Origin: an uncultured bacterium
GTDB taxonomy: Bacteria; Armatimonadota; HRBIN16
Direction of reading: 5' to 3'
NCBI GenBank assembly: GCA_938027655.1
Contig: CALJAP010000054.1
Coordinates: 1 to 63,026 of the forward strand
DNA: 63,026 nucleotides
This document shows positions 9,257 to 18,765 of the stretch, piece by piece (positions within the stretch are counted from its first letter, which is position 1; each line of letters opens with the position of its first letter). A program made the translations under genes and the position numbers. Under the pieces are notes generated by a model. It was not told the DNA's origin and did no database searches. It was given only the letters and a program-made list of their open reading frames with translations.

Positions 9257-10513
9257 ATGCCCATAGAAACCTTTACACTGCCTAACGGCCTTCGTGTTGT
9301 CTGCGAACCGATGCCCTCTGCCCGTTCGGTAGCGGTAGGGGTGTATATCGGTACCGGCTCGCGCGACGAGCGCTCCTCCGAATATGGCGTCTCGCACTTT
9401 ATCGAGCATATCCTGTTCAAAGGCACACTCCATCGGGATGCTCTGGATATCGTGCGCGAGATCGAAGGGCGCGGAGGCTATCTCAACGCCGAAACCGACA
9501 AAGAGCACACCGCCTTCTATGCGCGCGTGCTGCCCGAAGACCTGTCGGTTGCGCTGGATGTGCTTTCGGATATGTTGTTATCGCCTCGCCTGCACCCGGA
9601 AGACATCGAACGTGAGAAGCGCGTGGTGCTGGAAGAGTTGCGCGAGCTGATAGACTATCCCGAAGAGTACGTGTACGACCTGTTCGCGCAAACGTTATGG
9701 TCACGCCATCCGCTAGCGCATCCGGTCATCGGTACAGCACCGGCAATCCTTGCGCTGGACCGGTCGCACATCCGCTGGGTAATGGATGAACGCTACGTGG
9801 CTCCGAACACGGTGGTGTCGGTAGCGGGACAGGTCGATGCCGGGCAGCTGCTACCGCTGGTGGAGCAGTACTTCGGGAACATGCCCGCCGCCCAGCCCAA
9901 CACCAAACTGCGCCCTGCGCGCGCCACTGCACGCAAACGGCTGTTGCGCCACCCCACCCAGCAGGTGCATTTCTGCCTGGGCACAGCAGGATACAATCTC
10001 TACGATGAGCGCAAGTATATGCTGGCGGTGCTGGATACCCTGCTGGGGGGCAATATGAGCAGCCGCCTCTTTCAGGAGGTGCGCGAAAAGCGCGGGCTGG
10101 TGTACCATATCAGCACGACGGCGATGGCATATCGTGAAGGAGGATACTTCGCCGTACACGCGAATTGCAGTCCCGAAAACTACAGACAGGTCATCGCGGT
10201 CACGCGCGAACAGCTGCACCGGGTGTGCGAGGGCGACCTGACCGAAGAAGAGGTGCAGCGTGCCAAACACCAGCTACGCGGAAGCCTGCTGATGAGCACC
10301 GAAAGCGTGAACGGGCGTATGTCCGCCAATGCCAGAAGTTTGCTCTTTCACGGGCGCGTGATTACCGTTGACGAAATTATCGAGCAAGTGGAAGCAGCGG
10401 ATGCCGAAAAAGTAGTGTCGGTGGCGCGGGAGCTGTTCGGCAACGGCAGGATGGCTCTGGCAGCCATCGGAAGTTTTCCGAAGGGAGGAATGGGTGAGGA
10501 TGATAACGACTGA
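9257..10513 (+). CDS. M16-family (pitrilysin/insulinase-like) zinc peptidase
   Basis: HFIEH inverted zincin motif (HxxEH) near the N-terminus. The 418-aa length is typical of the family. Confidence 0.88.
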   Translation: MPIETFTLPNGLRVVCEPMPSARSVAVGVYIGTGSRDERSSEYGVSHFIEHILFKGTLHRDALDIVREIEGRGGYLNAETDKEHTAFYARVLPEDLSVALDVLSDMLLSPRLHPEDIEREKRVVLEELRELIDYPEEYVYDLFAQTLWSRHPLAHPVIGTAPAILALDRSHIRWVMDERYVAPNTVVSVAGQVDAGQLLPLVEQYFGNMPAAQPNTKLRPARATARKRLLRHPTQQVHFCLGTAGYNLYDERKYMLAVLDTLLGGNMSSRLFQEVREKRGLVYHISTTAMAYREGGYFAVHANCSPENYRQVIAVTREQLHRVCEGDLTEEEVQRAKHQLRGSLLMSTESVNGRMSANARSLLFHGRVITVDEIIEQVEAADAEKVVSVARELFGNGRMALAAIGSFPKGGMGEDDND

Positions 10514-11312
10514 TACAGAAGACATCCTTCGCGTCGCCGTCGCGGGAGCGTGCGGGCGCATGGGGAAACTGGTGGTGCAGACGGTGTTGAAACAGCCCGA
10601 CATGGCTCTGGTGAGTGCGATTGATAAGCAACACGTGGGCGAGGACATCGGCACCGTCGCGGTGGAACATCCCATCGGTATCGCGGTGACCGACCACCTC
10701 GCCGATGCGCTAACACAAACCCAACCTCACGTGCTGGTAGACTTCACCACCCTGGGCGCGGCGGTGAGTCACATCTACACCGCCCTAGAGCATGGGGTGA
10801 TACCGGTCGTGGGAACCAGCGGATTTTCCGCGCAGACGCTTTCCGACATCCGCGAGGCGGTGGAGCGCACCGGCACCGCGTGTATCATTGTGCCCAACTT
10901 TGCCATCGGCGCGGTGCTGATGATGCGTTTCGCGAAGGAAGCCGCCCGCTACTTCCCCAACGCGGAGATTATCGAACTGCATCACGACGGCAAGAGTGAT
11001 GCTCCGTCGGGAACCGCCATCCGCACCGCCGAGATGATAGCCGCGGCGCGCACAGAACGCCCACGCCAGGTGATGCAGGAGCAAAAGTTTGAGGGAGCAC
11101 GCGGCGCCAGCGTCGCCAGCGTGCCGGTACACAGCGTCCGCCTGCCCGGTCTGGTAGCGCACCAGATGGTGATTTTCGGCGGACAGGGCGAGATACTCAC
11201 CATCCGGCACGACTCGATGGACCGACAATCGTTTATGCCCGGCGTCCTGCTCGCCGTTCGCAAAGCACGGCAGGTGCAGGGTCTGGTAGTCGGGCTCGAG
11301 CATCTGCTGTGA
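10494..11312 (+). CDS. dapB: 4-hydroxy-tetrahydrodipicolinate reductase
   Basis: N-terminal VAVAGACGRMGK Rossmann motif and the ELHHDGKSDAPSGTA signature. The start may instead be the ATG at 10500. Confidence 0.93.
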   Translation: MRMITTDTEDILRVAVAGACGRMGKLVVQTVLKQPDMALVSAIDKQHVGEDIGTVAVEHPIGIAVTDHLADALTQTQPHVLVDFTTLGAAVSHIYTALEHGVIPVVGTSGFSAQTLSDIREAVERTGTACIIVPNFAIGAVLMMRFAKEAARYFPNAEIIELHHDGKSDAPSGTAIRTAEMIAAARTERPRQVMQEQKFEGARGASVASVPVHSVRLPGLVAHQMVIFGGQGEILTIRHDSMDRQSFMPGVLLAVRKARQVQGLVVGLEHLL

Positions 11313-11337
11313 GCCTCAGTTGTGCTAAAATGATAGC

Positions 11338-13182
11338 GTGAACGACACGCTGACCGAAAAGCTGCAAGCAATCCCCACCCTGCCGGGGGTGTACCTCTTC
11401 AGGGACGCGCAGGGAGCGGTGCTCTACGTGGGCAAAGCGGTCTCTCTGCGTTCGCGGGTGCGCTCATACTTCCATAAAAGCGCGGAAAGCTCCATCAAGA
11501 CCCGTCGCCTTGTGGAGAAAATCGCCGATGTAGAATGGATTGTCACCGATACCGAACTGGAAGCGCTGGTGCTGGAGTGCAACCTGATTAAGCGACATCG
11601 CCCACCGTACAACATCCGCCTGCGCGACGACAAGCAGTATCCCTTCCTGTGCCTGACCACGTCCGAACCGTTCCCCCGCTTGTTGCTGGCGCGCCGCGCC
11701 AAGAACGACGGCAACCGCTACTTTGGCCCCTACTCCGGCAGCCGACCGGTATACCAAACTATTCATCTGCTGAACCGCCTGTTTCCTCTGGTAACGTGTG
11801 GTGAAGCATTCACCGGCGAGCCGGTGCGCAAGCCGTGTCTGTACTATCACATGGGCCAGTGCCCTGCTCCTTGTGCTGGTCTCGCCGACAAGGAGCGTTA
11901 CCGCGAAACGGTGCGTGAGGTGGAGATGTTCCTGAGCGGCAAGCACGAGAAGCTGCTCAAAGGTCTGTACAAGCAGATGGAAGAGGCGGCGGAAAGGCTG
12001 GAGTTCGAACGCGCCGCCGCCCTGCGCGACCAGATACGTGCTGTGGAGCAGGTGATGCTGCAGCAGAAGGTGGTCTCGACAGACATGGTGGACCAAGACG
12101 TGCTGGCGTACGCGGCGGACGAACAGCGTGCGCTGGTGCAGATGTTCTTCATTCGAGGGGGCAAGCTCATCGGACAGCAACACTTTTTCCTGGACGGAGC
12201 GGGCGGCGAGGACCAGCGCGCTGCACTGCAGGAGTTTCTCAAGCAATATTACGACCAGGCGCAGGACGTGCCGGGCGAAATCCTGCTGCCCACCCCCATT
12301 GAGGAAGCGCACATCATCGAACAGTGGCTGCGTCAGAAAAAAGGCAGAAAGGTAGAGCTGCACTCGCCACAGCGAGGAAGCAAAAAGAAGCTGCTGGAGA
12401 TGGCAGTGACCAATGCTGAGCTTGCGCTGGAGCAGGCTCGCCAGCAGTGGTTGCAAAAAAAGGCGCAGCAAGAGGCGGTATTGCTCGCGCTACAGGAGGC
12501 TCTGGGGCTGGAAAGCCCGCCCCGGCGCATCGAGGCATACGACATCTCCAACATCCAGGGCTACGCGCCAGTGGGGGTGATGGTGGTGCTCAAAGAGGGC
12601 AAGCCGTCCAAAAGCGACTATCGGCGCTTTAGCATCAAGTATCTCCCCGAGACGCCTAACGACTTTGCCATGATGAAAGAGGTAGTCACCCGACGCTTGC
12701 AGGAGGCACAAAGAGGCAACCCCAAATTCGCCGAACTGCCCCACCTGATGCTGATTGACGGCGGGAAGGGGCAGCTGAACGCCGCGCTGGAGGCGATGCG
12801 CGAGGCGGGTTTGCAGGTTCCCGCCATCGGGTTGGCGAAGCGGTTCGAAGAGATATACCTGCCGGGGCGGTCGGAGCCGTTGATGCTGCCCAAAGATTCG
12901 CCCGCACTGCACCTGCTGCAAGCGATACGAGATGAAGCGCACCGCTTTGCGGTAGAATACCACCGGAAGGTGCGCATTAAACGCAGCACCTCGTCGATAC
13001 TGGACGAGATTCCCGGCGTCGGTCCCAAACGCAAGCAGGTGTTGCTCAAGCACTTCGGCTCGGTGAAACGTTTGAAAGAGGCAAGTGTCGAGGATATTGC
13101 AGCTGTGCCATCTATCCCCCGTGCTCTGGCACAGACCATTTACACTGAACTACACAAGGAGGAGCAAACGTGGTCGGGCTGA
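11338..13182 (+). CDS. uvrC: excinuclease ABC subunit C
   Basis: GIY-YIG N-terminus (GVYLFRDAQGAVLYVGKA), a UVR domain, and a C-terminal HhH pair. 614 aa with a GTG start. Confidence 0.97.
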   Translation: MNDTLTEKLQAIPTLPGVYLFRDAQGAVLYVGKAVSLRSRVRSYFHKSAESSIKTRRLVEKIADVEWIVTDTELEALVLECNLIKRHRPPYNIRLRDDKQYPFLCLTTSEPFPRLLLARRAKNDGNRYFGPYSGSRPVYQTIHLLNRLFPLVTCGEAFTGEPVRKPCLYYHMGQCPAPCAGLADKERYRETVREVEMFLSGKHEKLLKGLYKQMEEAAERLEFERAAALRDQIRAVEQVMLQQKVVSTDMVDQDVLAYAADEQRALVQMFFIRGGKLIGQQHFFLDGAGGEDQRAALQEFLKQYYDQAQDVPGEILLPTPIEEAHIIEQWLRQKKGRKVELHSPQRGSKKKLLEMAVTNAELALEQARQQWLQKKAQQEAVLLALQEALGLESPPRRIEAYDISNIQGYAPVGVMVVLKEGKPSKSDYRRFSIKYLPETPNDFAMMKEVVTRRLQEAQRGNPKFAELPHLMLIDGGKGQLNAALEAMREAGLQVPAIGLAKRFEEIYLPGRSEPLMLPKDSPALHLLQAIRDEAHRFAVEYHRKVRIKRSTSSILDEIPGVGPKRKQVLLKHFGSVKRLKEASVEDIAAVPSIPRALAQTIYTELHKEEQTWSG

Positions 13183-13535
13183 TATTACGCTGGGTTGCGA
13201 ACGCCGTGGCGTTATTGCTGACCGTGTGGCTTGGTAAAACGCTGGGCTTGGGGCTGTATGTCAGCGGCTTCTGGGGCGCGATGATTGCCGCGCTGGTGAT
13301 CGGTCTGATTAACGCATTCATCCGCCCCATCGTGGTGATGCTTACCCTGCCGCTGAACTGCTTGACCTTTGGGCTGTTCAGTCTGGTGATTAACGCCTTC
13401 CTGTTCTGGCTGGCTGGCGAGATGCTGACGGAGTTTGACGTCAACGGTTTCGGCGCTGCATTGTTCGGCTCCATCGTGATGAGCATCTTCAGCAGCGTAC
13501 TCAGTCACGCCGTTGCACCGGAGAAGCACCGGTAG
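13170..13535 (+). CDS. small 4-TM membrane protein (holin family IV / DUF360-like)
   Basis: 121 aa and strongly hydrophobic. AGGAGG lies 7 nt before the GTG start. The ORF overlaps the uvrC stop by 13 nt. Confidence 0.65.
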   Translation: MVGLILRWVANAVALLLTVWLGKTLGLGLYVSGFWGAMIAALVIGLINAFIRPIVVMLTLPLNCLTFGLFSLVINAFLFWLAGEMLTEFDVNGFGAALFGSIVMSIFSSVLSHAVAPEKHR

Positions 13536-13562
13536 GTGTGTGGAATAATACCTGATGGAAGC

Positions 13563-13656
13563 CTGACCGTGTAGCTGACCGTGTAGCCGCAGGCTTTAGT
13601 AGCTGACCGTGTAGCCGCAGGCTTTAGCCTGCGCTTTAGTGTAGCCTGCGCTTTAG
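13563..13656 (+). repeat. nested short tandem repeats with palindromic module C
   Basis: ctgaccgtgtag occurs three times, ccgcaggctttag twice and cctgcgctttag twice. The region contains the palindrome gcaggct-tt-agcctgc, the reverse orientation of the unit at 47830-47933. Confidence 0.85.
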
Positions 13657-13714
13657 CAAATGTGCTGGTTTGTCAGGCGTGATTGTTCGGATGTGAGCGG
13701 GGTGGTTTGACTCG

Positions 13715-13750
13715 CCTGTCATTCCGAGCGCGAGCGAAGAATCTCAGGTG
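13715..13750 (+). repeat. dispersed repeat module B (TGTCATTCnGAGCG...GAAGAATCTC)
   Basis: cctgtcattccgagcgcgagcgaagaatctcaggtg. Other copies are at 19595, 47971 and 56858 (reverse). Confidence 0.85.
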
Positions 13751-13767
13751 GCAATGGGACAGTTTCT

Positions 13768-13790
13768 CTGGAGGGCGAGGCTCCTGTCGA
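13768..13790 (+). repeat. dispersed repeat module A
   Basis: ctggagggcgaggctcctgtcga. Confidence 0.85.
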
Positions 13791-13813
13791 TATGTGTGAG
13801 TGCCCCCTCCTGA

Positions 13814-13835
13814 CCTCCCCCGTGAACGGGGGAGG
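13814..13835 (+). repeat. hairpin repeat (CCTCCCCCG...CGGGGGAGG type)
   Basis: cctcccccg-tgaa-cgggggagg forms a 9-bp stem. A related copy lies at 22425-22444. Confidence 0.7.
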
Positions 13836-13852
13836 AAGAGCTCCCTCCCCGG

Positions 13853-13876
13853 CTCACGCGGAGGTTTGCCCTCCAG
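13853..13876 (-). repeat. dispersed repeat module A' (CTGGAGGGCrAACCTCCGnGTGAG)
   Basis: The plus strand reads ctcacgcggaggtttgccctccag. It contains a GGAGG/CCTCC hairpin. Other copies are at 19769 (+) and 22463 (-). Confidence 0.8.
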
Positions 13877-13938
13877 AACGGCGAAGCGAGGATTCACGCT
13901 TGACAGACCACCAGTACCTGTCATACAGGAGAAAGCTC

Positions 13939-14832
13939 ATGAAAAGCAAGCGCTGGGTATTGATTACCGGCATGTCGGGGGCGGGGAAGACGCTGGTCTC
14001 CCATATCTTTGAGGACCTGGGCTATTTTTGCGTGGACAACCTGCCGCCTCGCCTGCTGCCGATGCTGGTGGAGCTGAGCAAAGAACATCCCCAGCAGATG
14101 CAACACGTCGCACTGGTTATCGATACCCGCTGCGGCGAGATGTTTGCGGAAACCCTGCCCAACGTGCGCCGCGTTGCCGAGCAGGGCGTGCCCATCCAGA
14201 TACTCTTCCTAGACTGCAGTGACGAGATGCTGGTGCAACGGTTCAAAGAAACGCGCCGCAAACATCCTCTATTCCGGGAACACCCTACCATCTTGCAGAG
14301 CATCCGGGCGGAGCGCGCCCTGCTCGAAGAGGTACGCGCCAACGCCGACAGGGTAGTGGACACCTCTCTGTTGTTGCCGCACGAGATCCGTACCATCATC
14401 GAAACCGAATACGCCATCATGGAGCGTACGGCGGGCATTGCGGTCAATGTGGTCTCGTTCGGCTTCAAGTACGGTATTCCGCCGGAGGCGGACCTGGTGT
14501 TCGACGTGCGCTTTCTGGCGAATCCACACTACATTTCATACCTGCGCCCGCTGGACGGGCGCGACGCGCCGATACGCGACTACGTGCTTGCCGACCCGCT
14601 GGCTGGCGATTTCATCCGCAAACTGCAAGAGCTGATTGAGTTCACGTTGCCACAGTATATTCGGGAGGGCAAGGCGTACCTCACCATCGCCATTGGCTGC
14701 ACAGGGGGACGACATCGCTCGGTGGTTATTGCCGAGCAGGTGGTACAGTTCCTGAGAGAGAAAGGTTACCGTGTCAACCTACAGCATCGGGATGTGCGAC
14801 GCCAGCCGCAGCCGGTGCCGGAAGCGGAGTAA
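13939..14832 (+). CDS. rapZ: RNase adapter protein RapZ (P-loop NTPase, YvcJ family)
   Basis: The ATG at 13939 is preceded by AGGAG, and the product starts [18 protein letters not shown] (Walker A). The C-terminal CTGGRHRS motif is present. The longer ORF from 13792 is built from repeat modules and is rejected. Confidence 0.9.
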   Translation: MKSKRWVLITGMSGAGKTLVSHIFEDLGYFCVDNLPPRLLPMLVELSKEHPQQMQHVALVIDTRCGEMFAETLPNVRRVAEQGVPIQILFLDCSDEMLVQRFKETRRKHPLFREHPTILQSIRAERALLEEVRANADRVVDTSLLLPHEIRTIIETEYAIMERTAGIAVNVVSFGFKYGIPPEADLVFDVRFLANPHYISYLRPLDGRDAPIRDYVLADPLAGDFIRKLQELIEFTLPQYIREGKAYLTIAIGCTGGRHRSVVIAEQVVQFLREKGYRVNLQHRDVRRQPQPVPEAE

Positions 14833-14838
14833 ACACCT

Positions 14839-16173
14839 ATGCGCGACGGATGGAGCCTGCAGCATATCCTTCGTTTGCCAAGCGCCCGCTGGCTGATGCC
14901 CGGGATGCTGGTCAAACGCTGGCTTCTGCTGGCGATGCTGGGCACGGTCATTATGTTCGCGGGTCTACTCATCTTTATCGATGTGCAATCGCCCGAATGG
15001 CTTGCGTGGCTCCATCGGCATGTGCAGGCAGCTCCTCGACGTTTCCACCTGGGTGCTCACGGACATCTTGTGCTGGTTCTTACGGGAGCAGGCATCGCGC
15101 TGTTGGGGTTCACCATGAGTGCGATAGCGGTGCGTGGGCTGGTGCGCACCATCGCCTGCGCGATAGACCCCGTGGCGGGCAGGCGTCTCGCGCATATCAT
15201 CTACAACCGACGCAACCTGCAGCTCGGTCCGCAACTGGTAGCGGTTGGTGGAGGCACAGGGCTATCCACGCTACTGCGTGGTCTCAAACAGTACTCCAGC
15301 AACGTCACCGCCATCGTTACCGTAACCGACGACGGAGGCAGTTCGGGCAGGCTCACCGAGCAGTTTGGTGTGTTGCCTCCGGGAGACATCCGCAACTGTC
15401 TAGTCGCCCTCGCCGACGCAGAGCCAATCATGACCGAGCTGTTCCAGTATCGCTTTCGCGGCAGCGAGGGGCTGGGCGGACACAGCTTCGGAAACCTGCT
15501 CATCGTTGCCATGACCAACATCACGGGCGACTTCGAGCGTGCCATCCGCGAAACCAGCAAAGTTCTGGCGATACGGGGGCGCGTGTTGCCCTCTACGCTG
15601 GACCGTGTGCGCCTGAAAGCCAGGATGGAAGACGGCTCCTACATCGAGGGCGAGACCGCCATCGCCAGCTCGCCCCTCAAAATCCGGCAGATGATGCTAA
15701 ACCCTCCTAACGTCCGCCCGCTGGACGAAGCGCTGCAAGCCATTCGCGAGGCGGACGTTATCGTGTTGGGTCCGGGCAGCGTGTTCACCAGCATCATCCC
15801 TAACCTGCTGGTAGAAGGCATTGCCAACGCCATCCGCCACAGCCACGCCCTGCGCGTGTACGTGTGCAACGTGATGACCCAGCCCGGCGAAACCGATGGC
15901 TTCACCGCCAGCGACCACGTGCGCGCTATCGAGGCGCACTGCCCACCTCGCCTGTTCGACTATGTGCTGGTAAACACCACGCGCCCCTCACCGGAACTGC
16001 TGGAACGATACCGGCAGTCGGGGGCGGAGTTCGTGGAACCCGATATCGACCGCATTCGCGCTATGGGCTACCGCACCATTGCCGGCGACTTCATCAGCCA
16101 GAGCGATGTGGTGCGCCACGACCCCTACAAACTAGCCAGCGCCATCATGCACTTGCTCAGTCGCAAGAAGTGA
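14839..16173 (+). CDS. yvcK: YvcK/CofD-family gluconeogenesis factor with N-terminal TM segments
   Basis: VAVGGGTGLSTLLRGLK and LPPGDIRNCLVALAD motifs. It sits directly after rapZ. About 110 N-terminal residues are hydrophobic. Confidence 0.85.
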   Translation: MRDGWSLQHILRLPSARWLMPGMLVKRWLLLAMLGTVIMFAGLLIFIDVQSPEWLAWLHRHVQAAPRRFHLGAHGHLVLVLTGAGIALLGFTMSAIAVRGLVRTIACAIDPVAGRRLAHIIYNRRNLQLGPQLVAVGGGTGLSTLLRGLKQYSSNVTAIVTVTDDGGSSGRLTEQFGVLPPGDIRNCLVALADAEPIMTELFQYRFRGSEGLGGHSFGNLLIVAMTNITGDFERAIRETSKVLAIRGRVLPSTLDRVRLKARMEDGSYIEGETAIASSPLKIRQMMLNPPNVRPLDEALQAIREADVIVLGPGSVFTSIIPNLLVEGIANAIRHSHALRVYVCNVMTQPGETDGFTASDHVRAIEAHCPPRLFDYVLVNTTRPSPELLERYRQSGAEFVEPDIDRIRAMGYRTIAGDFISQSDVVRHDPYKLASAIMHLLSRKK

Positions 16174-17349
16174 TTCGCGCGGTGCGGGGATGCGCTGCAC
16201 CGCAATCAGCGAGAAGAACACCACTCCAAAGCCTATCCAGAACGGGATACGGTAGTCGCCCAGCGTCTTCCACAATACACCTCCCAGCACGGGCATGACC
16301 ACCGCTGCCACGTGGTTCATGGTGGTACCCATCGCCAGGCTGGGCGTCAGGTCACCCTTGCGCACGATGCGGTTCAAAAACACGGTAATCCCCATACTGA
16401 AGGCGAAAAGCACGCTGTCGGTGACGAAAAGCACATATAACAGACGCACATCCCGAAAAGAAGCGTACCCGGCGAAGATACAGGCAATCAGGATGTAGTA
16501 CAGTGTGAGCATCCGCCGTTCCCCATAACGGTCCACCAGCCGCCCAACCGTTGGCGCGGCGACCGTTCCCAGCGCGGCGTTCAGAAAAGCCAGCGAAAGC
16601 ATGGTTTGCACCGGCGTCTGATAGACCAGTATCAGCACGTACGAAGCAAAGGTGCTGAATATCTGGCGGCGACAGCCTTCCAGAAAGCTCAGCACATAAT
16701 ACAGGCTGTATTCCCGCCGCAGGATAATAGGCTGGCGTTGACCGCTGGCAGCGTGAGAGGAAAGCAGAAACGCCAGAAACGCAGCCAAGGCAATCATTGC
16801 GCCTGCGATGAAAAACAGCGCCTTGTAAGAGAGGTACGCTTTGAATAGCCTTGCCGAACCCAGCGCCACCAGCACCGCTACCGAACCAATGGCACCCATG
16901 CGCCCCAGGTGCCTGCCTCCCTCGCGCCCGCCAGCCAACGCGAGAGTGATGGATGGGGATACCGACGACCACAGGTGAAACCCCACAGACCAGAATACGT
17001 TGAACGCAACCAGCGTCCAGTAATCCCCTGCCATACCCATCACACCGATACCCAGCGCGCACACCAGCAACGCCAGCCCTGCTAGCCGCGGCTCGGCAAA
17101 TGCCACCAGCGTGCCCGCGATAGGCGCGGTAAGCAAACCCGGCGTCTCACGCAACGATTCGAGCACGCCCAGCTGCGATGGGGAAACGTGAAGCACCTCG
17201 CGGATGAAGTTCTGAAAGATGCCGTTGTATACCGCAAAGCCGAAGGCGAAGCAGAAGGTAAGGGCGCCGAACAAGCCCCAGTCTCGCCGCAAAGAGGGTT
17301 GATACGTCCGCTGGAAGTACATACTGCCCGCAGAATTCAGCGCGGGCAA
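16132..17349 (-). CDS. MFS transporter
   Basis: 405 aa with about 12 hydrophobic spans of MFS-like spacing. Its 3' end overlaps the convergent yvcK end by 42 nt. Confidence 0.75.
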   Translation of the reverse strand: MPALNSAGSMYFQRTYQPSLRRDWGLFGALTFCFAFGFAVYNGIFQNFIREVLHVSPSQLGVLESLRETPGLLTAPIAGTLVAFAEPRLAGLALLVCALGIGVMGMAGDYWTLVAFNVFWSVGFHLWSSVSPSITLALAGGREGGRHLGRMGAIGSVAVLVALGSARLFKAYLSYKALFFIAGAMIALAAFLAFLLSSHAASGQRQPIILRREYSLYYVLSFLEGCRRQIFSTFASYVLILVYQTPVQTMLSLAFLNAALGTVAAPTVGRLVDRYGERRMLTLYYILIACIFAGYASFRDVRLLYVLFVTDSVLFAFSMGITVFLNRIVRKGDLTPSLAMGTTMNHVAAVVMPVLGGVLWKTLGDYRIPFWIGFGVVFFSLIAVQRIPAPRESLLATEQVHDGAG

Positions 17350-17418
17350 GGCGTTCTCCTGCTACGCCAGTGTAGTTCCCTCCTGGCATCGGCTGCTGAG
17401 TGGATGGTCGCCCTCCAC

Positions 17419-18474
17419 TCACAACTCCAGAGCACGGCACACCGCGTCCATCTGCGGCGGCACGTGCACCGGCGCGACGCGCGATGCCTCTAATGCAGTA
17501 TCGGGGTCTTTTAACCCATGTCCGGTGAGGGTAACCGTCACCACGGCGGGTTCGTGGAAGTAACCCTGCGCCGCCAGCTTGCGCAGTCCGGCAATGGGTG
17601 CAGCAGAGGCAGGCTCCGCAAACACCCCTTCCAGTGCAGCCACCATGCGGTACGCTTCTAAAATCTCCTCATCGGTGACCTTTTCAATCAGCCCACCCGA
17701 CTCGTCGCGCGCGGCGATGGCTTCCTTCCAGCTGGCGGGGTTGCCGATACGGATGGCGGTGGCTACTGTTTCGGGATGTTCTATAATGCGCCCCTCCACC
17801 AGAGGCGCTGCGCCCACCGCCTGAAAGCCCAGCATCTTCGGCAGGCGGGTGGTTTTGCCGTGCAGGTAGTACTCCTTGTAGCCCTGCCAGTAGGCGACGA
17901 TGTTGCGTGCATTGCCGACGGGTATCGCGTGGTAGTGGGGGGCGTCGCCCAGCTCGTCGCAAATCTCGAAGGCAGCGGTTTTTTGCCCCTCCCCACGATA
18001 GGGGTTGATAGAGTTGACGATGGTAATCGGATATTCGGCGGCGACCTGTTGCACCATCTCTAAGGCCGCATCGAAGTTGCCGTCAATAGCAATCACCTTC
18101 GCGCCGTGCATCAACGCCTGAGTGAGTTTGCCCAGCGCTACCTTCCCGGAAGGTAACAGCACGTAACAGCGCATCCCCGCGCGGGCAGCGTAGGCGGCAG
18201 CGGAGGCAGAGGTGTTCCCTGTGGAGGCGCAGATCACCGCCCGTACGCCCTCTTCCGCCGCCTTCGAGATAGCCATCGTCATGCCCCGGTCCTTAAAAGA
18301 GCCGGTAGGGTTGGCGCCCTCGTACTTCAGGTAAATCTGCAACTGCGGAGCGATGGCTTGTGCAAGACGCGGCGCAGGTATCAGCGGCGTTTCGCCCTCC
18401 AGCAGGGTCACCACAGGAGTGCGGTCGCTGACAGGTAAAAAAGGACGGTATCTGGCAATGACTCCTCTTTTCAT
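17419..18474 (-). CDS. thrC: threonine synthase
   Basis: PLP-lysine motif GSFKDRGMT. The 351-aa length and overall similarity fit short-form ThrC. Confidence 0.92.
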   Translation of the reverse strand: MKRGVIARYRPFLPVSDRTPVVTLLEGETPLIPAPRLAQAIAPQLQIYLKYEGANPTGSFKDRGMTMAISKAAEEGVRAVICASTGNTSASAAAYAARAGMRCYVLLPSGKVALGKLTQALMHGAKVIAIDGNFDAALEMVQQVAAEYPITIVNSINPYRGEGQKTAAFEICDELGDAPHYHAIPVGNARNIVAYWQGYKEYYLHGKTTRLPKMLGFQAVGAAPLVEGRIIEHPETVATAIRIGNPASWKEAIAARDESGGLIEKVTDEEILEAYRMVAALEGVFAEPASAAPIAGLRKLAAQGYFHEPAVVTVTLTGHGLKDPDTALEASRVAPVHVPPQMDAVCRALEL

Positions 18475-18519
18475 ACCATCAGGTTATATCGGCAAATGGG
18501 GAAACCCTGATGAGGGCCC

Positions 18520-18595
18520 TGGTGAGCCGGGTGGGATTCGAACCCACGACCCTCGCCTTAAAAGGGCGATGCTCTGCCTGCTGAGCTACCGGCTC
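18520..18595 (-). tRNA. tRNA-Lys (anticodon UUU)
   Basis: Hand-folded cloverleaf: acceptor GAGCCGG/CCGGCTC, D stem GCTC/GAGC, anticodon stem TCGCC/GGCGA with loop CTTTTAA, T stem GTGGG/CCCAC with loop TTCGAAT, and an encoded CCA. Confidence 0.95.
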
Positions 18596-18696
18596 GAACC
18601 GCTTTATTCTACCCCAATTTGCACCGGAAGTCAAACACAACAGTCTGCAGTCTGCCCTCGCTCGTTACCTGTTAATAATACGGGATTCTTTTTTCG

Positions 18697-18726
18697 TTGC
18701 TTGACAGACCCGGTTAGGCGTATAGT
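18697..18726 (+). promoter_or_regulatory. promoter candidate for the PEP-CTERM gene
   Basis: TTGCTT, an 18-nt spacer, then TATAGT, 40 nt upstream of the ATG at 18766. Confidence 0.35.
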
Positions 18727-18765
18727 CATCTTACTATTCGGTTCGTGAAAGGAGACATCTATACC

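Noticed and set aside
13170-13535. I considered the holin-family-IV-like gene as evidence of a prophage.
   Set aside because: There is no endolysin, terminase, capsid or integrase gene anywhere nearby. The DUF360-type proteins are common chromosomal membrane proteins. The gene is translationally linked to uvrC.
13563-13656. I considered whether the tandem repeats here, at 22343-22415 and at 47830-47933, are CRISPR arrays.
   Set aside because: Each has only 2-3 directly abutting copies, without unique spacers of 25-40 nt. No cas genes are present. The units are shared with the dispersed repeat family.
13792-13938. A 49-codon N-terminal extension of rapZ, and the 83-aa antisense ORF at 13673-13924.
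   Set aside because: The sequence is made of repeat modules (the CCTCCCCCG hairpin and module A'). A canonical AGGAG-ATG start at 13939 gives the normal RapZ N-terminus with Walker A.
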